DNA of 64,000 bases from Microgenomates group bacterium Gr01-1014_16 (GTDB lineage: Bacteria > Patescibacteriota > Microgenomatia > CAZETR01 > Amesbacteraceae): NCBI GenBank assembly GCA_007376345.1, contig VMGA01000001.1, positions 61,747 through 125,746 of the forward strand. The letters run 5' to 3'. Made by a program: the position numbers and the translations under genes. Of this stretch, positions 40,397 through 49,078 are shown in pieces. Numbering within the stretch: position 1 is the stretch's first letter; the number at the start of each line of letters is the position of its first letter. Below the pieces are notes generated by a model. It worked only from the letters and a program-made list of their open reading frames with translations. It made no database searches and was not told the origin of the DNA.

Positions 40397-41998
40397 TTAG
40401 TTTGAGACTATTTTAAAGGCTGGGGAGCCGGAAGGGAAATAAATGGTTTTGACGATGTTGACGCCAACGGCTGGGATGTCCTCGGGAGCGGCGACTATGA
40501 GAGTCGAATGGATGTCGCGTACTTTTTCCCAGGGACTGGATTCAAAATGGTATTTGCTGAAATCCCTCACTGTTGAAAAGTTGAATTTATCACGGAATGT
40601 CAGCTGGTGGCGGCCTTGAAACAGTTGGGGAGGATACTTGAGATAGAAGAGAAAGAGAATATAAGGCTGGTCGTATTTGTCGGTAACCCAGATTTTGTCG
40701 TACCGACTTTCATTAGATTGAACGTAAGAAACCAGGTCTTCAAACCCGTATTCCCAGGCGGCCGGGTAGGTTTGGGGGTAGTGGACGTAATACTGATGGA
40801 GATATCTGAATGTCTGCCAGGAATACACAATGACCAATCCGCAAATCCCAATGAGTTTCCAATGTTTCAAGAACCAATACATACCGGCGGATATGACAAT
40901 GGTCATGGGGATAACAATATTTTGGGCGCGGAGGGCGTGGGGGGTTTGGAATGTTAATGCTGAAGCCATTGGAGCGATAAATAACCACAACCAGATAATG
41001 CGAGATTTGAAGAATGAATTATGAATAATGAATAATGCACCGAGGGCGAGAAAGATAAAATCAGTCAAGTAGAATAGTCCGGTTTCGGGGACGCGGTTGC
41101 GTTCGATGAGATCGCCGTTAATGAACAAGAAGTTGCCGTCAAAGTGACTGAGATAGTTTTGTATAAACTGAATGGAGTAAATGACCGGTCGATTGTGGAG
41201 AATTCTCGACAGGGGTGAATTCCAATCGACATGCTGACCGCGAAGTTGTTCAACCCGATGCCAGGGTCCTTCGTCGGCCAGAAAACCGACGCCGGAGAAA
41301 CGGGAAACCGAGTCAGTAGTCAGTAGTGAGTAGGCAATAGGCAATAGTAAGAGAGTTGAGATAGAGATAGAGATTAAAAGCTGTTTTGGATATTTAATAA
41401 AAGTTTTGAAGTAGAGAATAAACAGACCCAGGCCAAGGAGGGGGGCGATGACGCGGGTGGACTGGTAGAAATACATTGATAACGAAAAATTCAAGATACA
41501 AGATACAAGATACAGTGATTTTTTAGATTTCAACCATTTGACGAAAAAGACTACGCCGAGCAGGAGAAGGGTGGTGGAAATGTTGACTTCCCAGGCGCCG
41601 CGGGAAAAATGCAAGTGCCATGGTGACGCTGCGAGCAGCATCGCAGTTATCAGTGCACAGTTTTCAGTTATCAGTTCCCTGACTAAAAGATAAACTAAAT
41701 ATACAGCCAAAACACCAAATAAAGCCGACGGAAGGCGGACGGCGAATTCATTGAGTCCGAAGATTTTTACAACCGGAATCAGTAAATAACTATAGCCGGA
41801 GGGTTTGAAGTCACCGAAGGATTCGAGGTTGACCGGTAAGACGTGTCCGTGTTCGTCCTTGCCGGTTAAAAGTAAAGAATAAGCGTTGTAGCCAAGGGCG
41901 GCTTCATCGGCGTTTAAGCCAGCCGGAAAGGAGGATATTTTATAGAGGCGTAAAACGGCAGCTAACACTAAAATGGCGATGAGCAAGTATTTTTTCAT
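40397..41998 (-). CDS. PMT/ArnT-family (COG1807, GT39/GT83-like) GT-C glycosyltransferase, paralog 1 of 5.
   Basis: The N-terminal stretch MKKYLLIAILVLAAVLRLYKISSFPAGLNADEAALGYNAYSLLLTGKDEHGHVLP carries the conserved first-loop DE motif of PMT/ArnT enzymes. About 11 TM helices, then a C-terminal soluble domain. Several internal heptamer repeats. Confidence 0.7.
   Translation of the reverse strand: MKKYLLIAILVLAAVLRLYKISSFPAGLNADEAALGYNAYSLLLTGKDEHGHVLPVNLESFGDFKPSGYSYLLIPVVKIFGLNEFAVRLPSALFGVLAVYLVYLLVRELITENCALITAMLLAASPWHLHFSRGAWEVNISTTLLLLGVVFFVKWLKSKKSLYLVSCILNFSLSMYFYQSTRVIAPLLGLGLFILYFKTFIKYPKQLLISISISTLLLLPIAYSLLTTDSVSRFSGVGFLADEGPWHRVEQLRGQHVDWNSPLSRILHNRPVIYSIQFIQNYLSHFDGNFLFINGDLIERNRVPETGLFYLTDFIFLALGALFIIHNSFFKSRIIWLWLFIAPMASALTFQTPHALRAQNIVIPMTIVISAGMYWFLKHWKLIGICGLVIVYSWQTFRYLHQYYVHYPQTYPAAWEYGFEDLVSYVQSNESRYDKIWVTDKYDQPYILFLFYLKYPPQLFQGRHQLTFRDKFNFSTVRDFSKYHFESSPWEKVRDIHSTLIVAAPEDIPAVGVNIVKTIYFPSGSPAFKIVSN
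41311..41375. repeat. Degenerate heptamer array (agtcagt agtcagt agtgagt aggcaat aggcaat agtaaga) followed by (gagata)x3, inside the PMT-like paralog 1 coding sequence.
   Basis: Read directly. Six consecutive 7-nt units anchored on AG, then a hexamer run. Confidence 0.7.
41492..41515. repeat. Heptanucleotide tandem repeat, (CAAGATA)x3.4, inside the PMT-like paralog 1 coding sequence.
   Basis: caagata caagata caagata cag. It encodes LYLVSCIL on the minus strand. A further imperfect 7-mer run (agttatc-type) lies at about 41641..41675, and an (atgaata)-type run at about 41013..41037. Confidence 0.75.
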
Positions 41999-43548
41999 TT
42001 CAGTCCCACAATCCGTAACGCCGGTAACCCGTTGGGATATTCGATTTCGCCCAGGCGGACCAAGTTGGGAGGATTCATGTCCTGCTGGGGCAGTTCATAC
42101 TGGTCGCCTACAAAAATCGTGGAGGTGTCCCCTCTCTGGGCCGGCCAGTCAACGCGCATAAATGTGTATTTGTCCAGATTTGTAACCTCGCCGACGTCCC
42201 CGACCGGATTATCAGCACGTTGGGAGCGCGTCCAGAAAAAACCCGGGTCTAACCGGTTGTAAAACAGGATGAAAATATACGGCTGGCCCAGGGTATTGGT
42301 AAAAACAACACGTTTAAAACTGTCGACATTGTTGTTTACCAGCTCAATTACACGCTTGTAAGGAGTTAGCCAATATTGGGAAAAATAAAATGGCGAGTGG
42401 ACAAAGTAGAGATCCGAAAAGTAAACTGTAAACAGTAACAGTAACAGGAAAAATGGATACCGGATAAGTTTAAATTTAAATATTTTACTTAAACCCATTC
42501 CTGAAATAATGACTAAAGGAACGATCATGGGGAGGGAGCGGACACCGGAAATAATGTCGCGGGAAAGTGCGGCGGGAATGGGGGCGAGTAGAAGCCATAC
42601 GAGTAAGATCTTAGATGCTGGATTTTTAGATCTTAGAAGATAATATAGACCGATAAGTAAGGTCAGAATTTCCGGATAGTGGAGATAGCCGTAAAAGGGA
42701 GTAGAATGGCGGGGATTTGACCAGTCTCCATCGATGAACAAAAATCTTGGTGAAAAGTGGTTTAAATATCTTTCGATTATTCCTCGTGTTTGGTCTAGAA
42801 ACTCGGAATGAAACAGTTGATAAATGAGGCGATTGTTCTCGTCCTGACGCAGGATTTTGTTAATTTGTCCAGCAGATCGAACATAACTAAAGACGCTGAA
42901 GACTTTGAGACGGCCGGATTGAGAACCAATGCCAACTATAATGGGTAGTAACAGTAACAACAACAGTAAACCGGGGAAAATAATTTTTTTAATGGCAGGT
43001 CTATAAATTACTAACAAACTGATGAGCAACATTGGGGTGAACATTTTTGCTCCCTGATAGGCCCAGAAAGTAAGACACAAAAAAAGTGCAGAAGTTAAAT
43101 ATTTTTTTTTGATAAATAAAACGACAGCCAAGGTGGTGAGAAGTAAATTTAGGTTTGCCTCCCATGCTCCACGACTAAAATGAATTGCCCAGGGATTAAT
43201 GGCTAAAAGAAAAGGCGCAAAAAGATTTCTTGTTAACAGGTAAACGACCGTTATTAATAACGTCCCAAGTATTGCCGAGGGGAGGCGGGTGGCGAATTCG
43301 TTGAGACCAAGAAGTTTGATTACCGGAACCGCGGAATAGATGTATAGGCCGGGTTTGTAATCACCGAAAGATTTGAAAACAATTGGCAAAACTTGGGCGT
43401 GTTCATCCCGGCCGGTTTTAAGAAGTGAGAAGGCATTATACCCAAGCGCCGCTTCATCCCAGGTAAGTCCCAACGGCCTGACATCCAGTTTATATACACG
43501 CAAAACAAAACCTATCAAAACAATCGCTAATAATAATATCTTTTTCAC
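41995..43548 (-). CDS. PMT/ArnT-family GT-C glycosyltransferase, paralog 2 of 5.
   Basis: MKKILLLAIVLIGFVLRVYKLDVRPLGLTWDEAALGYNAFSLLKTGRDEHAQVLP has the same DE-loop architecture. It overlaps the downstream paralog by 4 nt. Confidence 0.7.
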   Translation of the reverse strand: MKKILLLAIVLIGFVLRVYKLDVRPLGLTWDEAALGYNAFSLLKTGRDEHAQVLPIVFKSFGDYKPGLYIYSAVPVIKLLGLNEFATRLPSAILGTLLITVVYLLTRNLFAPFLLAINPWAIHFSRGAWEANLNLLLTTLAVVLFIKKKYLTSALFLCLTFWAYQGAKMFTPMLLISLLVIYRPAIKKIIFPGLLLLLLLLPIIVGIGSQSGRLKVFSVFSYVRSAGQINKILRQDENNRLIYQLFHSEFLDQTRGIIERYLNHFSPRFLFIDGDWSNPRHSTPFYGYLHYPEILTLLIGLYYLLRSKNPASKILLVWLLLAPIPAALSRDIISGVRSLPMIVPLVIISGMGLSKIFKFKLIRYPFFLLLLLFTVYFSDLYFVHSPFYFSQYWLTPYKRVIELVNNNVDSFKRVVFTNTLGQPYIFILFYNRLDPGFFWTRSQRADNPVGDVGEVTNLDKYTFMRVDWPAQRGDTSTIFVGDQYELPQQDMNPPNLVRLGEIEYPNGLPALRIVGLK

Positions 43549-45065
43549 AGTTCTTTAATATAAAACGCAGGTTTGGAGTCGAGGAAGTTGATTTGGGTAA
43601 GTAATGTCCCGGGTGAGGGATTGTCGGGGCTGGAGATGACTAAGTATTTTTGACCGGGGAGCAATGCGGCGATGACAATAGGCATTTCCCAATCATTAAC
43701 AAACTTTATTTTTTCTAATCGGTTAACCCAGTACCAGTCGGCGTGATAATCCCAGCGTTTTGATTTTTGAAAATCGGCCGGGTCCCAAGGCCAATAAAAG
43801 GCGATGAATTCGTGTGGTTCGGCATAGCGTTTGGTAAAAATAATCTCATCGTATTTCGAGTAGTTGTCCATAACATATTTGACCGTTTCTTTGTAGCCGT
43901 ACTGCCAGGACCAGGAGTAGTTTGTTCGGTAATTAAAAGCGACTGGATTTAGATAATAGTCTAAACTTAATAATAAAAGCAGAATAAATATTATTCTTGT
44001 GTTCTTGAGAACTTGAGAACAGCGGTTCAGACCGTAGGCGGTAATAAGAATGACGGCAGGAAGCATTGTAATTGCGCGAAGGGTGTGGGGAGCGTCACGG
44101 GTTAAGCTACCCGCAATTGGAGCGAGTATCAGCCAAAGAAGAATCACTTTGTGTTTAAATATTTTAAGAAACCCTATGTAGAAAAACGGGAGACAAATAA
44201 GATAAAGAAGGCCGAAGCCGGGGATGTTGAACTGGTATTGGGAACCCCCGTTTATAAATAAAAACCGGGGATTAAAGTGATTGAGATAATTGGTTGTGAA
44301 GCGATAGGCCAAATAGGTGGCTTTGTTGTAGACAAAGCGGCCGCCGGGACGTTGACGCAGTTGGTTGATTTGGGCGATGGCTCCCTCGTCCAATAAGGTT
44401 AACCATTTATATCTGGCTTGGCCGGAAGGCGAGAGAAGCTGTATCAGAACCGGAATAAATAGAATAAAGAATAAAGAATAAAGAATAATGTTGGTTTTTG
44501 TGCGATATATTAAAAAATAAGCCACAATAAATAACGGTGCAAAAATACGGAACGAATTATATGTCCAGGCGGAAAGCAAAACATAAATTATTCCCAGCGA
44601 TAATTTGCGATATAGAAGAAGCGTGACGCCAAGAGTGAACAAAAATATCCCCAGGTTGGCTTCGACAGCGACACGGGACAGAAATAAAGACCAGGGGGAA
44701 ATTGCAGCCAAGAGTGCGGATGTTAGCGGCGGAGCGGAAAGTTTCCGGGAAAGCGCGTAAACTAAAAATATTAGAAGGGTTCCGGCCATAATTGAAGGAA
44801 AGCGGACGGATAACGCGTTTAGGCCGAGGACGGCCACGAAAGGAACGTCGGCATAAATATAGCCCGGGAGCTTGAAGTCGCCGAAGGCGCGAAAAATGGC
44901 CGGAAGCACTGTCCCCCACTCGTCCCGGCCGGTTTTAAGAAGCGAATAGGCGTTGTAGCCCAAAGAGACTTCGTCCCAATTCAGGCTGGGGGGGAAATCG
45001 GTAATAAAAGCCGCTCTTAAGGCAAATCCGAATAATATTATGAGGAACAAATATTTAAGATTCAT
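43545..45065 (-). CDS. PMT/ArnT-family GT-C glycosyltransferase, paralog 3 of 5.
   Basis: MNLKYLFLIILFGFALRAAFITDFPPSLNWDEVSLGYNAYSLLKTGRDEWGTVLP. Contains an internal heptamer repeat. Confidence 0.7.
   Translation of the reverse strand: MNLKYLFLIILFGFALRAAFITDFPPSLNWDEVSLGYNAYSLLKTGRDEWGTVLPAIFRAFGDFKLPGYIYADVPFVAVLGLNALSVRFPSIMAGTLLIFLVYALSRKLSAPPLTSALLAAISPWSLFLSRVAVEANLGIFLFTLGVTLLLYRKLSLGIIYVLLSAWTYNSFRIFAPLFIVAYFLIYRTKTNIILYSLFFILFIPVLIQLLSPSGQARYKWLTLLDEGAIAQINQLRQRPGGRFVYNKATYLAYRFTTNYLNHFNPRFLFINGGSQYQFNIPGFGLLYLICLPFFYIGFLKIFKHKVILLWLILAPIAGSLTRDAPHTLRAITMLPAVILITAYGLNRCSQVLKNTRIIFILLLLLSLDYYLNPVAFNYRTNYSWSWQYGYKETVKYVMDNYSKYDEIIFTKRYAEPHEFIAFYWPWDPADFQKSKRWDYHADWYWVNRLEKIKFVNDWEMPIVIAALLPGQKYLVISSPDNPSPGTLLTQINFLDSKPAFYIKEL
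44453..44489. repeat. Heptanucleotide tandem repeat, (GAATAAA)x5 with one 2-nt interruption, inside the PMT-like paralog 3 coding sequence.
   Basis: gaataaa ta gaataaa gaataaa gaataaa gaataat. It encodes IILYSLFFILF on the minus strand. Confidence 0.75.
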
Positions 45066-46572
45066 AGCGCAGCCTAAATAAGATCCAACTGATAACGCCC
45101 AATAAAGTTATTCCTGACGTGATGTTGCCTAGCGTGCGGACAAAAGTATCTTTGAAAATCAGTTCGATAGTATGCTCACCCGGGGTGGTGTTAAGGGTGA
45201 TTAAACCCAATGGTCCACTGGGAAACACAGCAGTTTCTATGCCATCGACAAGGCTGGTCCAGCCCGGAAAGTAAACAATCGGGTATGTGGTTGAACCGTC
45301 CTCATTGCGAACGGGTTGATTAGGAGCAAAGTCTGCAGGTAACTGGGGGGCAGTTTTGGGCCAGTAGTCAGAGAGGGCGGAGGAACGCTGTTCGTCCCAT
45401 AATTTGCCAGAGAAGTATTGATTGTCGTTGAGATTCAACCAGATATCGGGTTTGAAAAAACCGATATTGATTATGATTAGTAGTAAAACGACTGGGATTT
45501 GAATATTTTTGGTAAAGACGGTAATTGCACCAGCTGATAATGATAAAAATAATGTTGACATGGAGAGGAAGCGCCAGGGGAATTGGACAAAGGGCAAGCC
45601 GAGGATGGTTTTCCAAAAAATCTCGGATTTACCGTGAGTTAAGAATAAAGCAATAAAGCCAAGAGCGATAAAAAAAAGTAAAGGGGTTCTTCGGCTGCGC
45701 CTCAGAATGACAACGACAGCAAGAATAATAGCGACTATCCAATGTAAATGTCCGGCGGAGAAACTCATGGTGTCGTTGGGACCCCAGGTGGAGCCGCCGT
45801 AACCCCAGAAATTTGAAATGAATAATTGCCTAAGAGTTGTCCAGTGAAGACTATAGTTATAATAATCGGCGGTGATCTGGTTGAGAGAAACTAACTTGCT
45901 TTCGAAAATTACGGGTAAGAGATAAAAAGATCCCAAAATGAGAGATAGCAATCCGGCTGGGATAAATTTCCAATCGCGACTACGAACAAACCACCAAAAG
46001 CCCAAAAATGGCATAAACATAAATAAGGATAAGTTGTGGGTGATGAGTAGTGCGGCTAAGAGCAAAGAAAATATGATGTATTTCTTTTTTTCGATAGATA
46101 ATAAAATGAGCGGGAAGAAGATAAAGGCCAGGGCTTCGGGCAGGGCTCCCCTCACCCAGACATCGACTGCCCGGTAAGGCGCGTAAACGTAAAACAGGGC
46201 ACTAACAAACGCGCCTTTTTCTCCCCAAAACTGTTTGGATAAAAAATACATTGAGATCCCGGAGAGGACTAATGAGAGGATGAAGACGGATTTGACGCTG
46301 GTCAGAACTGAAAAACCGGAAAGCCGGAATATTGTTCCAAGCCAGTAGGGAAACTGGCCGTAGAAATTAAATAGCGGTTCGCCATAGCCTATACCGGCGT
46401 CGGGGGCCCAACGGCAAGGTAAAACTTTTGCGGCTACGCATTTATCGAATTCAAATTGGCGAAAGACATGAAAATCGTGCATGGTATATATCCCCGGCCG
46501 GAGCATAAGTGCAAATGCCGGAATGATTAGAAGAATTAAGAGGAGGATTTTTTTGGCCATAGTTTTACCCAA
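45055..46572 (-). CDS. YfhO-like polytopic membrane glycosyltransferase (GT-C; the teichoic-acid/glycolipid sugar transferase family).
   Basis: The N-terminal loop MHDFHVFRQFEF...PDAGIGYGEPLFNFYGQFPYW resembles the YfhO DGFHQYVIF...G motif region. About 12 TM helices plus a C-terminal soluble domain. The assignment is tentative. Confidence 0.45.
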   Translation of the reverse strand: MGKTMAKKILLLILLIIPAFALMLRPGIYTMHDFHVFRQFEFDKCVAAKVLPCRWAPDAGIGYGEPLFNFYGQFPYWLGTIFRLSGFSVLTSVKSVFILSLVLSGISMYFLSKQFWGEKGAFVSALFYVYAPYRAVDVWVRGALPEALAFIFFPLILLSIEKKKYIIFSLLLAALLITHNLSLFMFMPFLGFWWFVRSRDWKFIPAGLLSLILGSFYLLPVIFESKLVSLNQITADYYNYSLHWTTLRQLFISNFWGYGGSTWGPNDTMSFSAGHLHWIVAIILAVVVILRRSRRTPLLFFIALGFIALFLTHGKSEIFWKTILGLPFVQFPWRFLSMSTLFLSLSAGAITVFTKNIQIPVVLLLIIINIGFFKPDIWLNLNDNQYFSGKLWDEQRSSALSDYWPKTAPQLPADFAPNQPVRNEDGSTTYPIVYFPGWTSLVDGIETAVFPSGPLGLITLNTTPGEHTIELIFKDTFVRTLGNITSGITLLGVISWILFRLRYES

Positions 46573-47768
46573 GTAAATAAGTTAATAACGCTTAATGTTT
46601 TGGTGAGCAGCGGAGTGTAGAGGGAAATGAAAAAGAGCATGGTGGGGGCGAACCACATATTGTATTGGTTGGCTAAGAAAGTGAAGGATAGAACCACGTA
46701 CTGGACCCAGATTTTGCGGCCGGTGACAAGTAGCCAAGATAGTAGAGGGAAGAGCGGGTACATGTATCGCTCGTGCATGCGGATGGAAAAAAGAAAAAAG
46801 CCAAAATAAACAATGAGCATTTGGTTGACCAGGTTTTGTTCGGATGGATTTTTCCAAATAGATCGAAGACAAACTATAAATAATAATATGACTAGAATAA
46901 TTGAAACTATATTGGCCGGAATGCCCAAAAATAGCGATGTGTCAGGCACCTGATCGATTGGGAAAAAGATGTGCCAGAAATTGAAAGCGTTGACGGTGAT
47001 AAATGGCGATTCGCCCGGTAAAATCCGCTCAAAATATAATCTGGTCAACCAGATAGGGAGATCTAACCGGGGATGGAACGGGGCAAACCAAAGCAGTGAT
47101 GAAATTCCGACGGAGAGGGGAAAGAGCCAGAAGTTTTTGGGGAATTTGCGAATTGCGTATATTAGAAAAACTATGAGGGCAGGAGACCAGGAAGCCTTAG
47201 TGATTAAAGAGGTTCCAAGTAACACGCCAGAAAGAATGAGCCGTTTTTCGAATAGAAAAATCAGGCTCCAAATGGCTAGCGCAGCCACTATACAATCGTT
47301 TTGACCCCAGAGAGAAGAGTTGTACCATAACGGAGGATTTAGTAAGTAAGCCAAGCCAACGATTTTTGATAATTTGGTGAATTTACCGATTCTCAAGATG
47401 GCAAAAAAGAGAGCCAGATCGCCAATGACTGAAGGCAGTTTGAGACTGACCACGTCGCCCCATCTTTGCCACCACCAAACTACAGATGAGGGAAAAAATG
47501 GGATTTTGAGATTTAGTTGCCAGAAGGCTTTATTGCCAAAGTCGTTGAGAAGATATGAAAAAGTGTAAAGATAGACGCTGCCGGCAGGTTGGTTGGGACG
47601 GCTCTGCGGCCAAAAAACGGATCTGGGTAATTCATAAAAATCCACAATACCGTGTTTGACGGCATTGCCAGCCCAGTTCCAGCCATTGTGTAAGTCACCA
47701 TGTTTGGTGTACGTCGTCACCCATAATCTAAAAATTACTAATAGAACTATTAAAATTTTATATTTCAT
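46536..47768 (-). CDS. Polytopic membrane protein, 410 aa, likely GT-C-like. Unknown family.
   Basis: A hydrophobic multi-helix protein with a W-rich extracytoplasmic loop (VVWWWQRWGD). No diagnostic motif. Confidence 0.4.
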   Translation of the reverse strand: MKYKILIVLLVIFRLWVTTYTKHGDLHNGWNWAGNAVKHGIVDFYELPRSVFWPQSRPNQPAGSVYLYTFSYLLNDFGNKAFWQLNLKIPFFPSSVVWWWQRWGDVVSLKLPSVIGDLALFFAILRIGKFTKLSKIVGLAYLLNPPLWYNSSLWGQNDCIVAALAIWSLIFLFEKRLILSGVLLGTSLITKASWSPALIVFLIYAIRKFPKNFWLFPLSVGISSLLWFAPFHPRLDLPIWLTRLYFERILPGESPFITVNAFNFWHIFFPIDQVPDTSLFLGIPANIVSIILVILLFIVCLRSIWKNPSEQNLVNQMLIVYFGFFLFSIRMHERYMYPLFPLLSWLLVTGRKIWVQYVVLSFTFLANQYNMWFAPTMLFFISLYTPLLTKTLSVINLFTWVKLWPKKSSS

Positions 47769-48696
47769 TAGTATGAGATTTCATAAATATTTCAAGTTCT
47801 TTTCTTGTAGGCGATGAACGGCTACCTTGTTTGGTACAAGCTATAGCTCCGGCAGCAGACGCCTTTCTAATTATCGAATGAATAGGCCGATTCAGAGCGA
47901 CCTCGTGAGCAAAATACCCACAGAACGAGTCTCCGGCTCCCGTTTCATCCACTTCGTCCACTGGGAAAGATGAATATGATTTTGTTCCACTATCTGAAGC
48001 TACAACGCATCCATCCCTGCCCAGTGTTATACAGGCTGTTCTTACTCCTCTTTTTTTGAAATAGTTTGTCAACTCATTAGAAGACATTGATTCTGAACCG
48101 GCAATGAACTGGGCCTCCCACATGTTGAGAACTAGGTAGTCAATTAAACTGTAAATTCTATCTGGTAGTTTTTCGGGTGGAGCTGGGTTGTAGATCGTAA
48201 TGACACTATTTTTTTTAGCCAATTCCAGTGCTTGCTCTATTGTTTCTAGTGACACTTCTGAGTTAATGAGCATGACTTGTGAATTTTTTATCTCATTTTC
48301 TCTTGATTTGATATTGTCAAATGATAGACGGATAGTAGAGTTTTTGATTCCGATAAATCCCGGACTTCCTGTGTGGTTGACAATTATTCCAACTAAATCT
48401 GTTGGTACGTTCTTATATCTGAAGATGCCGTCTGGACTGATGCCCTCGCTTGATATTTCTGAAATAATTCTGTCAGCGAACTCATCGGAACCAACAGAAG
48501 CGATTAAGTGAACGAATGCTCCTGAACGAGAAACTGCCGTTGCTTGATTTAGACCTTTACCACCTGGTGCGAGTTTGTAAGTAGTAGCCTGAACCGCCTC
48601 TCCAACTTTCGGCCACTGTTTCACGAAATAAGTCACGTCCATGGTTAGGCCACCGATGACTGTGATAGTTGGTTGAGCGTTTTGTGATGATGTCAT
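47758..48696 (-). CDS. PfkB-family carbohydrate kinase (ribokinase-like). First gene of the long minus-strand operon.
   Basis: ITVIGGLTMDVTYFV...LAPGGKGLNQATAVSRSG...DETGAGDSFCGYFA, the PfkB signature. Confidence 0.75.
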   Translation of the reverse strand: MTSSQNAQPTITVIGGLTMDVTYFVKQWPKVGEAVQATTYKLAPGGKGLNQATAVSRSGAFVHLIASVGSDEFADRIISEISSEGISPDGIFRYKNVPTDLVGIIVNHTGSPGFIGIKNSTIRLSFDNIKSRENEIKNSQVMLINSEVSLETIEQALELAKKNSVITIYNPAPPEKLPDRIYSLIDYLVLNMWEAQFIAGSESMSSNELTNYFKKRGVRTACITLGRDGCVVASDSGTKSYSSFPVDEVDETGAGDSFCGYFAHEVALNRPIHSIIRKASAAGAIACTKQGSRSSPTRKELEIFMKSHTNEI

Positions 48697-48708
48697 AAAT
48701 TATTATTT

Positions 48709-48760
48709 CTAATACTAGGTAGTATTGTAATAATTACCATACTCTGTAGTATGGTAATTA
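48709..48760. promoter_or_regulatory. Palindromic element family, copies 2 (type A, 48709..48731) and 3 (type B, 48731..48760), abutting each other between the PEP-utilising gene stop and the ribokinase start.
   Basis: Type A is ctaatacta-gg-tagtattgtaat. Type B is taattaccatact-ctgt-agtatggtaatta, with 13-nt perfect arms. On the minus strand type A reads TTACAA-17nt-AATAAT followed 5 nt later by the ATG, which is promoter-like. Confidence 0.5.
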
Positions 48761-49078
48761 CAGAACTTGGATTGTTCCTTTAGTACCATTGACTTCAATT
48801 TTAATCCCTGACTTAAGTAACTTGGTCGCATTTGGAACTCCGACGACGGCGGGAATGCCATACTCTCTGGCTACGATTGCAGCGTGGGACAGTTGGCCGC
48901 CTATTTCGGTTACAATCGCTTTAGCAGCCATAAAAATCGGTGTCCAGGCCGGAGATGTTTGTTTTGTAACGAGAATTTCTCCTGATTTAAACGCTTGGAG
49001 GTGATGTTGGTCGATGATGACTCTAGCTACGCCGGTAATCACTCCCACGGATCCTGGAATTCCTTTTATGATAATCAT
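48758..49078 (-). CDS. Stand-alone PEP-utilising-enzyme mobile (phosphohistidine swivel) domain protein.
   Basis: GGQLSHAAIVAREYGIPAVVGV matches the PEP-utilisers signature (TSHAAI..RE.GIP.VVG). 106 aa. Overlaps the upstream gene in an ATGA. Confidence 0.75.
   Translation of the reverse strand: MIIIKGIPGSVGVITGVARVIIDQHHLQAFKSGEILVTKQTSPAWTPIFMAAKAIVTEIGGQLSHAAIVAREYGIPAVVGVPNATKLLKSGIKIEVNGTKGTIQVL

Noticed and set aside
39045-44489. Tandem short repeats that might be mistaken for a CRISPR array or a minisatellite.
   Set aside because: The units are 6-7 nt, there are 3-5 copies, and all lie inside long ORFs with intact reading frames. There are no 25-40-nt repeat and spacer units and no cas genes. 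They are reported as coding heptamer repeats instead.
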